Source: a virus (lineage: Duplodnaviria > Caudoviricetes). Taken from it: a DNA stretch of 64,000 nt. The notes below the pieces were generated by a model. That model was not told where the DNA came from and searched no databases. It saw only the letters and a list, made by a program, of their open reading frames with translations. The DNA lies in IMG/VR virus record IMGVR_UViG_3300027977_000033, positions 1,821 through 65,820 of that record; one strand, given 5' to 3'. Of this stretch, positions 28,376-38,147 are shown in pieces; the first letter of the stretch is position 1, and each line of letters opens with the position of its first letter. The translations under genes and the position numbers were made by a program.

Positions 28376-28576
28376 TCATTTCTCCGTTTGTTTTGTATTC
28401 GTTGGGTTGAGGGCAAAGATGCTGTCGCGAACGTGGCTTAGACCAGCAATGTAGCCCTTGGCCCAACCCAGTTTTTCGCTTTGGTAGCAACTCCCCGCTC
28501 CCTCTGCGGCTTCTTGCAACCGAGTGAGGTCTTTCGCATATTTCTCAATGAGCGCTCTTCTTTCTTTTAAATTCAT
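28376..28576 (-). CDS. Hypothetical protein
   Basis: GGAG RBS. Confidence 0.45.
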   Translation of the reverse strand: MNLKERRALIEKYAKDLTRLQEAAEGAGSCYQSEKLGWAKGYIAGLSHVRDSIFALNPTNTKQTEK

Positions 28577-28695
28577 AGTGTTGCTCCCTTCTTTTCAAAG
28601 CAGTCGTCGCAGAAGATGTCGAAGTCGATACTATTAATATCGCGCATCGTGCCGTACTCCTGTGACTTTTCGCATTCGTAGCATATGTCTTTCAT
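28573..28695 (-). CDS. 40-aa zinc-ribbon-like peptide (CxxC...CxxC), absent from the ORF track
   Basis: MKDICYECEKSQEYGTMRDINSIDFDIFCDDCFEKKGATL; ATGA overlaps at both ends. Confidence 0.55.
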   Translation of the reverse strand: MKDICYECEKSQEYGTMRDINSIDFDIFCDDCFEKKGATL

Positions 28696-28910
28696 AGTGT
28701 TGCTCCTGTCTTATGGTCGTTGACCATACTGTTGAGTAAGCCAATCACCTTGGCCTCGAAGGTGTCGATGAATTCACCGCTCACCCTGGATGGTGGAGCT
28801 TTCAATGGGGCGATGCCCATCTCCATCCTCGTCTTGTTACGCTCCTTGAACTTAGCACTAGCCAAGTCCAACGCCGATCGTTTGACCGCCGCTTTGTTGA
28901 GAAGGCTCAT
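28692..28910 (-). CDS. Hypothetical protein (MSLLNKAAVK...)
   Basis: ATGA overlaps; SRVS.EFI..EA motif. Confidence 0.5.
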   Translation of the reverse strand: MSLLNKAAVKRSALDLASAKFKERNKTRMEMGIAPLKAPPSRVSGEFIDTFEAKVIGLLNSMVNDHKTGATL

Positions 28911-29164
28911 TTGGTTTTTGACCAAGTAAAGAACGGAGGAATCCTCTTGTCGAGGAACTCGCAATGTTCTTTTGGAGACATCTTCTTGTGTTTCTTTATG
29001 AACTCCTTATCGTTCTTGTTGTAGTCCAAGATGAAGGCCATCTTGTGTATCCGAAGGCAAGTGAAGAAGTTATCCAAGTCGTGCTTCTCCATCAGCTCGA
29101 AGACTTCTTTTCGGAACTCTCTGATCAGTTTATCTTTTCTGTCTAGTTTCTTTATCTGTTTCAT
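28907..29164 (-). CDS. Hypothetical basic protein
   Basis: GAAAGG RBS, ATGA overlap with MTase stop. Confidence 0.45.
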   Translation of the reverse strand: MKQIKKLDRKDKLIREFRKEVFELMEKHDLDNFFTCLRIHKMAFILDYNKNDKEFIKKHKKMSPKEHCEFLDKRIPPFFTWSKTK

Positions 29165-29766
29165 GCTGTTATCCTTTCTGTTTGTAAGGCTCCCCATTGG
29201 GAAGCCATTGCTTTTGCTATACCGTCGAAGGTCTTTGCTCTGTTCTTCTGTCTGTCCTTACCGCCCTTGTTGAACCAGTTGCCAGGAATCTTGCTACTCT
29301 GCGGGTTCTTAACAACCCGTGTCGATCTCAATGGTGGTAGACCCTTGAGCCATAGGCACGTTCGCTTCTGCACGGGATGCCCGAACTCGTAGGGTTGAAT
29401 AACTTGGGTGTTGGGTAGCAGGGCGAAGATTTTGGATGGCGTAGGATTCTCGATGGCAATCCTAGGAATGTCGGCATTCCATAGTGTCATAAAGAACGCA
29501 CGTCCTTCCATGCCCTGCTTAAATCTAGCCTTGTTCAGCTTGCCCTTTGGATACAGGAACCTAGCTCCTGCATTGGACAAGTAGGTGCAAGGGGGATGGG
29601 CAATCATTAAGTCCCATCCGTCGTCAAGCACATCTCTCACGTCCCCTTGGTAGTGGGGGCCGAGGGCATCCGTGGGTAAGATGTCACAGCTCATAGCCTC
29701 GTGGCCTTGAGCAATGAAAGCATCACGGACTGTGCCGGAGTACTCGCATGCTACTAATACTTTCAT
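29161..29766 (-). CDS. Short DNA cytosine-C5 methyltransferase-like protein, copy 1
   Basis: VLVACEYSG, DLMIAHPPCTYL (catalytic PC), IENP, KRTCLW motifs. Confidence 0.8.
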   Translation of the reverse strand: MKVLVACEYSGTVRDAFIAQGHEAMSCDILPTDALGPHYQGDVRDVLDDGWDLMIAHPPCTYLSNAGARFLYPKGKLNKARFKQGMEGRAFFMTLWNADIPRIAIENPTPSKIFALLPNTQVIQPYEFGHPVQKRTCLWLKGLPPLRSTRVVKNPQSSKIPGNWFNKGGKDRQKNRAKTFDGIAKAMASQWGALQTERITA

Positions 29767-29783
29767 ATGTTATCCTTTCTTTG

Positions 29784-30392
29784 TTAAGCTTCGACCAGTT
29801 CGAGAGAACCCCATTGTTTGGCCATAGCCTTGGCGATTCCCTTGAAGGTTGTACTGCGAACCTTCCAGCGATCTTTCCCCGGCGCTTGCCAATGAATCCG
29901 TTGCTGGACTGCGATGGGCAACGCATCAGTCTCGTCTTTGAGATCGGTAGTTGGCTTGAGCTTTGGCAATCCCTTGAGCCACAAGCCAGTACCTTTCTTC
30001 TCTTTGTGGCCGAACATCCAAGGCTGGATGATCTGGTCGGGGCCACGGCCAACGATATCCTTGGCGTACTTGTGCATGATAGGATTCTCGACGGCGATGT
30101 GGGGGATGTCGGCCTCAAGCAACTGCTTGAAGAACTCAGCACCAGCCCGCATCTTGTCGAACCTATCCTGCTGTTTGTATAGCCAGCACACACCCGAGTT
30201 ACACAGGTAGGTGCAGGGTGGATGGGCGACCATCAAGTCCCATCCATCATTGATGATATCGAACACACTACCTTGGTAGTGCGGTCCTTTCTTATCGGTC
30301 GGGAGAAGATCGCACGACATAGCGTCGTGTCCTCTTGCGATGAACGCATCCCGAACCGTACCAGAATACTCGCAAGCGATAAGTACTTTCAT
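29784..30392 (-). CDS. Short DNA cytosine-C5 methyltransferase-like protein, copy 2
   Basis: Same motif set; clear paralog of the neighbour. Confidence 0.8.
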   Translation of the reverse strand: MKVLIACEYSGTVRDAFIARGHDAMSCDLLPTDKKGPHYQGSVFDIINDGWDLMVAHPPCTYLCNSGVCWLYKQQDRFDKMRAGAEFFKQLLEADIPHIAVENPIMHKYAKDIVGRGPDQIIQPWMFGHKEKKGTGLWLKGLPKLKPTTDLKDETDALPIAVQQRIHWQAPGKDRWKVRSTTFKGIAKAMAKQWGSLELVEA

Positions 30393-30394
30393 TA

Positions 30395-31111
30395 TTAGCT
30401 TCCTTTCTTATTCTTTTTGTTGTAACCCGTCCAGCCTAATTTTCTTAGGGCTGACAAGGCTTTCGATGCATAGCTCCCTGCGGGTTGTACACCGTGGATG
30501 AGAAGACCGAACGACTTGCCAGACTTGTAAGCGTGGCTGTCATCGTGATCGATCTCGAGTCCCTTGGTCTTCGCTTCCTCGTGACTGAACACAACCTCGG
30601 CAGACTTGAGATTGTGGGCATCGATCAACCAGTCGTGGATACCACCACGGCTAGCGTTGAGGGCGAAGTTCTTGGGTATCTCACCCAGCTTACTCACCCA
30701 CAGATGCAGGCTCTTGGTGTAGGCATAGAAGGTACGCAACGGATTCTTCCGTGCGACTTCCATCCAAGCATCGAAGTAGGACTCGTTGAAAAAGTCCCCG
30801 CTGACGTGGACACGGATGAGGTTGGCCTTCTTGGGAAGGCTAGCCTCGATCAGTTGTGTCATCTGCTCGGTCGTCTTGCCCTTCAACAACTCGAAGTTGA
30901 ACCACCGTTGTTCACGGACGTTCTTGTATTGGACTTCGTCCGATGCGGCAAAGCATCTGAACTTGGTATCCAATCCATCTTGGATTCCGCTTCCGTGTCG
31001 ACCAGCTCGGGACAAACAATCCTTCGCACCGGGGCAGGAGTAACCTGCGGGCAGACTGAAGGTAAAGATGTTGTTGCCAAGCTTGGCGTTACCTCTATTG
31101 AACTTAAGCAT
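30395..31111 (-). CDS. Gp88-like phage protein (start MLKFNRGNAKL)
   Basis: NAKL...FSLPAG.SCPGA..C...C.A and IRVHVSGDF...FYAYTK motifs. Confidence 0.75.
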   Translation of the reverse strand: MLKFNRGNAKLGNNIFTFSLPAGYSCPGAKDCLSRAGRHGSGIQDGLDTKFRCFAASDEVQYKNVREQRWFNFELLKGKTTEQMTQLIEASLPKKANLIRVHVSGDFFNESYFDAWMEVARKNPLRTFYAYTKSLHLWVSKLGEIPKNFALNASRGGIHDWLIDAHNLKSAEVVFSHEEAKTKGLEIDHDDSHAYKSGKSFGLLIHGVQPAGSYASKALSALRKLGWTGYNKKNKKGS

Positions 31112-31529
31112 TGATGAGCCTTTCTTTCCATTGCTGGAATGTTGGGGGTGTGGTGTTCTCTGCGATACTTCGGATGACTTCCGCAACATACTGAACTGTA
31201 CCTACATAGTCAGAGTAGACATCAAACGCCAAGCTACCGTCGGATAAGGCGGATGCTATTCTCCAGCTATTATCTCGGAATGAGATGTCGGTGTGACACT
31301 TGCTTATCGCATCATAGGAGCCACCAGTATACTGGACTGGCTGCGAGGTCTTATATGTTAGACGAACAGATTTGGAGTCGTGTTGCCACCTTAACTGGCG
31401 GATAGTTATCTGTTTGTCTGGGAACTCATCGGTCACGGTTGAGGACGGGAGTACTTGGTCTAATACAATGTGATGGTTGAGGAGCTTCGCCAACGCTCCA
31501 GATTTAACGGCGATGGGTAATAGTTTCAT
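31104..31529 (-). CDS. Hypothetical protein
   Basis: AAAGGAA RBS, operon packing. Confidence 0.5.
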   Translation of the reverse strand: MKLLPIAVKSGALAKLLNHHIVLDQVLPSSTVTDEFPDKQITIRQLRWQHDSKSVRLTYKTSQPVQYTGGSYDAISKCHTDISFRDNSWRIASALSDGSLAFDVYSDYVGTVQYVAEVIRSIAENTTPPTFQQWKERLINA

Positions 31530-31552
31530 TGGTTATTCCTTTCAAGAATATG

Positions 31553-31584
31553 AACCCCGCCGTGGAGTTGCCACGACGGGGCTC
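31553..31584 (-). terminator. Hairpin after rIIB (terminator or processing site)
   Basis: CCCCG-CCGTGG-agttg-CCACG-ACGGGG stem. Confidence 0.5.
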
Positions 31585-31592
31585 GGGTTATG

Positions 31593-32438
31593 TTATCGGT
31601 TAGCGAGGCTGGACAAGATGTTGCGGATACCCTCAAGGGCTTCCTCGATCTTGTCGTTGTTACTTACGGAGACGGAATCACCGTCACCGTATTCATCTTC
31701 GTCATCGTACAGGTTTTCGTCGTTAGCAATGGTATTCCGAAGAGCACCATTGAATTCGTCGACCACCTCGTACTGACAGGTGCGAAGCTTCTGGCATTCG
31801 CAATCCGTCGGGACGCTGACGACATCGGCGGGGTTGATCTTGACGATCACGATCTTCTTGTCCCCACCACCGAAGTCTTGGGCATACTCCAACGAACCAG
31901 CGTGGAAGCCGTAAGAGCATCCATTGTTGGCGTCGTCGCATACCTTGCGTCGCTCCATCCGTAGGGTTGAGCCTACTCGGTTGGAGAACTTGCCCGTGTG
32001 ATGATCAGTGTAGTCAGCACGGACGGACTTGTATGCCAAGAAGCACCCGTCTGGGGTGACTGGCATACTGCCGTGGGCAAGGAATGTGTACAGCTCGGTG
32101 CGGGCACGACGGCTGTCGTTCCGCTCCAAGTTCTCGAAGAACCGCAGCAACGGGTCGAGTGGCAATCCGTTGCGATGGCATTCGAGGATACGCTGAACAA
32201 GTACGCCGTGTACTTCTTCGCCGTTGTACTTCACCGAGTTCTCGCCAACCTCAAACGCACCGCCAAGATACTTGGTCAATGCGACTCGAGGGTTAAGCAA
32301 GTCTACAATCTCCGCCTCGGAAGCACCATCTCGGATTGCGTCCAAGACTGCGTTGTAGTTTCCGTGGGTGGAGGAGAGGGTGTACGATTGGCCATTGCTG
32401 ACCACCGTGATACCCTCGGGTGTGATGATGTAGTTCAT
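31593..32438 (-). CDS. rIIB: rIIB-like protein
   Basis: LY.FL....VTPDGCFLAYKSV..DY.D.HTG...N.VG....M.R..V.DD....CS.GFH motif; follows rIIA. Confidence 0.85.
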   Translation of the reverse strand: MNYIITPEGITVVSNGQSYTLSSTHGNYNAVLDAIRDGASEAEIVDLLNPRVALTKYLGGAFEVGENSVKYNGEEVHGVLVQRILECHRNGLPLDPLLRFFENLERNDSRRARTELYTFLAHGSMPVTPDGCFLAYKSVRADYTDHHTGKFSNRVGSTLRMERRKVCDDANNGCSYGFHAGSLEYAQDFGGGDKKIVIVKINPADVVSVPTDCECQKLRTCQYEVVDEFNGALRNTIANDENLYDDEDEYGDGDSVSVSNNDKIEEALEGIRNILSSLANR

Positions 32439-32460
32439 TGTCTATCTTTCCTTTCTTTGT

Positions 32461-34713
32461 TTATGGTTTCTGAATGATCCCCAAATAGGAGACCAAATCT
32501 TTCGTGGATGAAGCCTTATATTTCTTGAGCCACTCTGAATCACTGTGCCATTTCTCTCGCTGGAGACGAGTCCAACGAACCATCGGCCAGCCTCGGAGCA
32601 AGACATCGGAGTGATGCTTGACTACGAGATCGTCGTCTGGTTTGAATGACTCGAGTGTCTTGCCAGTCATAAGCTCCTTCAAATCATAACTCTCGTGTTG
32701 CTGGATGAGATGAGCTAAGCTGATGACTTGGCTGGTGTACTTGAAGCCCAACAACTCAACCATTCTCTTGGCTGGGTGCTGGTCTGGAAGATTGGATTCT
32801 CGAATTGCTTTGGGCAAGTCGCCACTCTTCCAGTTGTCGGCGTCCAAGCAAGCATAAGCATCAAAGATGTTACGCTGTTCGGTATCGCACAAGTCAAACT
32901 CGAGCCGACGCCAGACCAGTTCGCCCAAGGCTTGATTGTCCTTGAACATGCGGGTCATAGCATCTCGGAGTCCAACCGCAAAGAGAACACCGTCCTCGGG
33001 TATCTCCTCGCCCTTCTTCTTGGCGAGTAGCCTGCCCTTGAACAACTTGGCTTGAGTCAACTCCTGCACCAGTTTCTTGAGGTTGCTGTTGCTGGTGCGA
33101 CTGACACCTACTGGTTCGAACTTCTCAATCTCAATCCACCAATCATCTTCGGTGTACTCCCCATCGATTAGCTTCCAATGATCAGACTGCTTGCTGGTAT
33201 GTCTAGCCAAGTCCATATCCAACTCGAACACCTTACCCTTGGTGTGCTTGGCGTTCTTGTCGTAGGACTGAGCACCGCCGACCGTATTGGAAGGAGGCTC
33301 GGGTAATGTGTTGTAATCCACATACTTGATCTTGGCTAGCTCCGTGTGGGTCTTGCACAGATCATCCCAATTCTTCTTGGTCGTGATGACATAGACAGTT
33401 GCGTTCTCCTTGATGTGATCGTTGGCATACGCATACTTGAGTCTGCCAGTACGGAAGTGTTTCTTGTCGGGGACAAGGAACACTTGCACATATCGATTGA
33501 CCATAATCGAGTGCGGCGATTCCTGGCGGAGTCTGTTCTTCCCCCAGTTACGCCACCCGCACATCGTCACGGACAGGTCGGGGTGTACAACATTCGACCC
33601 GTCGACTATGACCATCGGCAGTTGGATGACGCCGTCCACCTTCTGACCTTTCCATAGCACCTTGTTCTTGATCTTCTTGAGCAGGTTCTCCATTCCAGAA
33701 TTGGAAGTGTAGTGCCGACTCTTGAAGATGTTGGATTCGACGCAAGCATCCCACCAAGTCGGTGCGTTCTGAATGCGTTGCTCAACGACCTGTGCCAAGC
33801 TGTCGATCACCTTCTTAACCTCGGCGGTCAATCGCTTGACGGTCATTGGCGTGTACATCAGAGCCTCACGACTCGGAGCAACTTGCAGTCCCCCAACCTC
33901 GATCTCGAGGGTGATGCCCAGACTGCTGGCAACCGCCAGCTCATCGGGCAACTTGAAGGAGTTGAAGTTGATTGGATACTCGACATCGCCCATCACCACA
34001 AAAGAATTGGTATTCTCATTGGGGTCTGTAATCCGCCAGTTGTCCTCCATTAAGACGACAGCTTGCGGCACGTTGTTGATGCGGAGATGTTCGTCGGGTG
34101 TTGCATTGCTCACCGTGGGTTTAACACGGAAGACATTGAACACTTCGACTGCGGTGCTTCTGAATCGGTCGATGTCGTTGGCCTTGACGGGCAACTTGAC
34201 CTCGACGCCATTGGGTTCGTCCGTCTCGGACTCCTCCAAGATATCGAAGGCTGGCACACCGAACTCATCTTTGAAGCATACCAACACCCACTTCCTACCA
34301 CCCTTGATGCAGGTGATAGTCCATTGGTCGGTATAGGCTGCGGGTGCTTTGCACCCCAGCCCGAAGCCACCAGTATACTCATTGCTGGTAGATTTGTATT
34401 CACCAGACGAGCCGTAGCTTGCCATCAGCTTGCCGAACTCGTCGATGTTTAAGCCTAGTCCCTCATCCTTGATAATGAAGGTCGGCCCAGAAGTGCTTGG
34501 AAATGTCACCTTGATTGGCGACTTGTTTCCGCTTGCCTTGTGGGACTCGTTGGCGTTCACGGACAGCTCTCTTATAACCGCCTTGATTGGGTCTGCATAC
34601 AGACCCGACAAGATGCCCATTATGTGGGCTCGGTTTGCCAGATTGACTGTGAACTGTGCCCTCTTGCCCAGAGTCTTGGCCACAGGGTTGAACCTTGACT
34701 GCGTTGTGATCAT
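32461..34713 (-). CDS. rIIA: rIIA-like protein (N-terminal GHKL ATPase)
   Basis: LYADPIKAVIREL..NA, D.GLG, GGFGLGCK, SREAL motifs; paired with rIIB. Confidence 0.85.
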   Translation of the reverse strand: MITTQSRFNPVAKTLGKRAQFTVNLANRAHIMGILSGLYADPIKAVIRELSVNANESHKASGNKSPIKVTFPSTSGPTFIIKDEGLGLNIDEFGKLMASYGSSGEYKSTSNEYTGGFGLGCKAPAAYTDQWTITCIKGGRKWVLVCFKDEFGVPAFDILEESETDEPNGVEVKLPVKANDIDRFRSTAVEVFNVFRVKPTVSNATPDEHLRINNVPQAVVLMEDNWRITDPNENTNSFVVMGDVEYPINFNSFKLPDELAVASSLGITLEIEVGGLQVAPSREALMYTPMTVKRLTAEVKKVIDSLAQVVEQRIQNAPTWWDACVESNIFKSRHYTSNSGMENLLKKIKNKVLWKGQKVDGVIQLPMVIVDGSNVVHPDLSVTMCGWRNWGKNRLRQESPHSIMVNRYVQVFLVPDKKHFRTGRLKYAYANDHIKENATVYVITTKKNWDDLCKTHTELAKIKYVDYNTLPEPPSNTVGGAQSYDKNAKHTKGKVFELDMDLARHTSKQSDHWKLIDGEYTEDDWWIEIEKFEPVGVSRTSNSNLKKLVQELTQAKLFKGRLLAKKKGEEIPEDGVLFAVGLRDAMTRMFKDNQALGELVWRRLEFDLCDTEQRNIFDAYACLDADNWKSGDLPKAIRESNLPDQHPAKRMVELLGFKYTSQVISLAHLIQQHESYDLKELMTGKTLESFKPDDDLVVKHHSDVLLRGWPMVRWTRLQREKWHSDSEWLKKYKASSTKDLVSYLGIIQKP

Positions 34714-34911
34714 TCACTTTCTCCTTTCTTGTTAGGGTTACATTCCATATCGATACCGAGTCGGGGTCTCCGAACCCGATCAGATGATTCTTGAGGGGTT
34801 CAGCTTCTTCGATTCTCGTGAACAAATAGTTACACGCAAGCACATTGTCCTTATCGAACAAGGCATACGCATCCCATTTCCTCACGGCATCGTGTACTTT
34901 TACTCCCTTAC

Positions 34912-35232
34912 TCATCCGAGTGTCGGGATTAAGCTGGATAAGAACTTGGGGAAGGACTTCTCCACCTTGCACCCGCTCACCAAGGATTCTGCATCGTGGA
35001 TACCACGAGCCTTCAATTCCCCGATCAGCTTGGTCACGGAGATGTCAGACCTCGAGCCTTGGCTGGCCGTGATCTGCCACTTGAGACCTTGGAAGTGTGT
35101 CACTCCCTGCTTCTCGAGTGCCGTCTTGAACACGGGCATGATGCTCTCTCGGAGCTTGTCCGCATTCAACTTGGTCTGGTTGTACTCGCCGAACAAGTCC
35201 ACTTGTTCTGCTGTGTATATTAGTTTGCTCAT
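34912..35232 (-). CDS. Hypothetical protein
   Basis: AGGAGG RBS. Confidence 0.5.
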   Translation of the reverse strand: MSKLIYTAEQVDLFGEYNQTKLNADKLRESIMPVFKTALEKQGVTHFQGLKWQITASQGSRSDISVTKLIGELKARGIHDAESLVSGCKVEKSFPKFLSSLIPTLG

Positions 35233-35284
35233 ATGTTCCTCCTTTTATTGGTTGGTGTACCCCACCTAACGGCGGGGAAATCTG

Positions 35285-35554
35285 TTAGCCCATAGCTTCT
35301 TCAGCTCGACGAGACGCCACTTCACTAATGGCCTCCTCCGCGGCGAGTTTGATATCTTCGGGGATAACCCCGTCGAAGTCGCACACCATAAGGTTATTGA
35401 TCTCGACATCTTGGGTCACATACGACTCGTAGTGCTCGTGGTATCCGACTGGCCCGATGTCCTCCTTCTCAAGAGTGACGACGACATCAGCGGTTACACA
35501 ATACTCTTGGCCGTTATGTTTGAACTCTGTCTCTACATCGGTCTCCCAAGTCAT
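35285..35554 (-). CDS. Hypothetical acidic protein
   Basis: GGAG RBS, overlap with upstream stop. Confidence 0.5.
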   Translation of the reverse strand: MTWETDVETEFKHNGQEYCVTADVVVTLEKEDIGPVGYHEHYESYVTQDVEINNLMVCDFDGVIPEDIKLAAEEAISEVASRRAEEAMG

Positions 35555-35802
35555 ATTTCAAACTCCATTTGCTGGGCTACTGGTTCAATCTGATAGCCAT
35601 ATGCCCAGTTGCCAGACGCTAGGTCGAACACGCAACCACTCTTCTCGGCCACGGGTATGGACTCCACGGGGTCTCCATACTTGCCGCCGTCGGGGCACTT
35701 GTCGATGTTCACTACCTTGGTCTGCTTCCAGCCATCAGTTCCGAACGAACCCCGCCACCAGACGAGGTCACCTTTTTGGATTGTCATTGGTTTGAGTGTC
35801 AT
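35551..35802 (-). CDS. Hypothetical SH3-like protein (GDLVWWRGSFG...G.WAYGYQI)
   Basis: Common phage early-gene motif; start probably at MTLKP. Confidence 0.5.
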   Translation of the reverse strand: MTLKPMTIQKGDLVWWRGSFGTDGWKQTKVVNIDKCPDGGKYGDPVESIPVAEKSGCVFDLASGNWAYGYQIEPVAQQMEFEI

Positions 35803-35987
35803 TTCGCCTCCCCAAACTCGACAACCCCGCAACGGTTCCCGTTGAGGTCGACGAGTTTCTCGGGGACGAACCCAGAGGCCATCGAGTCGGATACTTCACC
35901 GAGGATTCTGGATATCTCGGCGAACATTCCGTTCTCCTCAAAGGCTTGGTTGCCCGTCTGAATTTCGATCTTGAACTTGTGTTTCAT
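35799..35987 (-). CDS. Small early protein (F.I.I...N.AF...EI.RIL...D.NGN..G family)
   Basis: AGGAGG RBS; paralog of 36078-36311. Confidence 0.6.
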   Translation of the reverse strand: MKHKFKIEIQTGNQAFEENGMFAEISRILGEVSDSMASGFVPEKLVDLNGNRCGVVEFGEAK

Positions 35988-36077
35988 TGTTATCCTCCTT
36001 TTGGTATTCGATCAGCACGGAGTATAGAATCTCCTGCCAGTCGTTGATTGCCTTGTCCATCTTGGATTTTGGATGCT

Positions 36078-36311
36078 TCACCGCTTGCCCTTCTTCTTGG
36101 GCACAGTCACGATGCGTTGTTCAATTCCAGCGTCGATAAAGTCGGTTGTCCCGACCTTATTCCCGTTGCTGTCTTTGAGATACACGCAGACAAACTCTTT
36201 ACGCATCTCATCGACGAGACCTTGGAATATCTTAGCCAATTCTGGCCAAGGTGTGGGCTGGAAAGCATCGCCTCCCACCTTCACCTCGACTTTGAATACT
36301 GCTTCGCTCAT
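36078..36311 (-). CDS. Small early protein, same family as 35799-35987
   Basis: AGGAGGAG RBS; FKVEV..DAF...ELAKIF...LKDSNGNKVG. Confidence 0.6.
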   Translation of the reverse strand: MSEAVFKVEVKVGGDAFQPTPWPELAKIFQGLVDEMRKEFVCVYLKDSNGNKVGTTDFIDAGIEQRIVTVPKKKGKR

Positions 36312-36429
36312 AGGTCAACTCCTCCTTTCTTTAATAGCCATACCGCGGCAAAACCCAGCAGGATGCAGGGTAATACCCATTGGCCGATCTTCCAGAACAC
36401 GAGTGCCAGGAATACCGCATTCTCAATGG

Positions 36430-37333
36430 TCATTTACGCCTACCTACTTGGATGTTGGAGTTGCGATTCTCGAACCGAGTCCGATGATATCGCTTCTCCA
36501 TGATTGCTTCGATGATGGGTTCGCTGGCTCGGTGGAATCGTTTGGACTTACGCCCAACATCTCCACTCCCTCGGATGCATCGCACATCCACGAGGTCTCG
36601 CCTGCCCGTTATCTTGTCCCACTCTTGGGGGCGTTCGATTGGATTCAATATGATGTCGTCTTGCATATACCTCCCATTTCCTCATAGGTCTCGCCTGCCA
36701 GAGCCAAGAAGTCATCCGACTCCTTTCTTGTTAGCTTGCAAGCCAGACCCAGAGCTTGTTGAGTAGCATCTGACTCGTCCTTGGCGTGGATACACACGGC
36801 CATACGGCCGAATGGATTCTCCCATGCCCAGACGAATACTCTGTATTCTTTTTGCATATAGGCTTTCTATACCGCCCGCCCGCCTGCGAAAAGAACATTC
36901 CGCAGGACAGACTGCTGGCCTTTGCGATTGGTTATCTTCTTGTGGCGTTCAAAATCCTCGGGGTTCTTGAACACTTGCAGAATCCCACCCGTCTTGTGGT
37001 GGAAGTAAAGTGCTCCCCGATAGCGTGGGACTTCCACACTACGGGGAACACTTACTTTCCTCCCTACTGGATAAGGCGGGGTTCGGGTTACGACCCCGGC
37101 GTCCACACGGGGAAGAGCTTGTCCAGCTCTGCCTGCGAGGGCATCTCGTATCGGATTTTGACTCCGAAGTCGGATGCTTTCGCATTCACCATCCGCAGGT
37201 CGGCGTTGTATTCACGCTGAGCCTGCTCGATGGCGAACTTGGGGTTGCGGTTGGCAGAACCTACATAGTCAACTCGGTTGAGCTTGGCTGAGTATGTTCC
37301 ATTGGAATTGCATATGATGGTATGCTCTTTCAT
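36430..37333 (-). other. Run of four small hypothetical early genes (36430-36666, 36645-36857, 36867-37106, 37088-37333)
   Basis: Tightly packed - strand ORFs, several with an RBS. Confidence 0.45.
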
Positions 37334-37599
37334 TGGTTACCTCTTTCTGTTTGGGTTTACCTTGTCTTACCTTCACCTAGCGATGAAGGGTGTAGAGTCC
37401 TCGGTTAAGGACTGTTCACCGTTCGCCTATCAAGGCGGATTATGTAGACATCGTCTCGGTCTTCGCTCCATCCTTTCTCTTTCAAGAAGGATTCGGCTCG
37501 CTCGAGATTCTCGAATCTCCCCGCGATGTATCCGTTGCGAATCACGAACCATTTATTTTTACGCATTGCATTCTCCTTTCATTTGGTTATATACTGCTT

Positions 37600-38115
37600 G
37601 TGCCCAAGAAGTTGGATATTGATTGGAAGGCCATAGAAGGTTTATACACTATGGGAATGAAACCCGATGCAATAGCCCACACATATAACCTTAACATTCA
37701 ATCACTTCGAACAAGGATTAAAAGGGGTCAATGGAAGGTTCAAAAGGATGCACTACGGGCTCAAAAAGAGGTCATAGTGACCCAAGATAGGGCTCAACTG
37801 GTTGCCAATGCTGGCACCGCCTATCAACAGAGGCTGATAAAGCATGTCGAAGCTGGGATGGGCGTCCTCGATGACAATCTCCCCACCACCCGCCCCGAAG
37901 TCTCCCAACACTTCGATGCGTTGGGTAAAGTGGATAAGATTGCGAGTCGGGCGTATGGATTAGAATCCACGGTGAACGGTGGACACTCCACAACCCTCAA
38001 TCTTAACCTTTTGCGGGTGGATGGTCAACTTGACCCCATTCACCTAAAACCTTGCACCGCAGAGACTTCCACCGAAAAGCCACAAGTGATTGATATTCAG
38101 TCAGTTGCTACTTGA
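37600..38115 (+). CDS. terS: Terminase small subunit-like HTH protein
   Basis: IDW.AI...Y..G.....IA..Y.L....LR.RIKRG.W N-terminal HTH; LDK..R.AYGL-like C-terminal motif; own promoter (TTGCAT...TATACT). Confidence 0.7.
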   Translation: MPKKLDIDWKAIEGLYTMGMKPDAIAHTYNLNIQSLRTRIKRGQWKVQKDALRAQKEVIVTQDRAQLVANAGTAYQQRLIKHVEAGMGVLDDNLPTTRPEVSQHFDALGKVDKIASRAYGLESTVNGGHSTTLNLNLLRVDGQLDPIHLKPCTAETSTEKPQVIDIQSVAT

Positions 38116-38147
38116 CTTGATACATTACCTATTGTGCGACATTTGGG

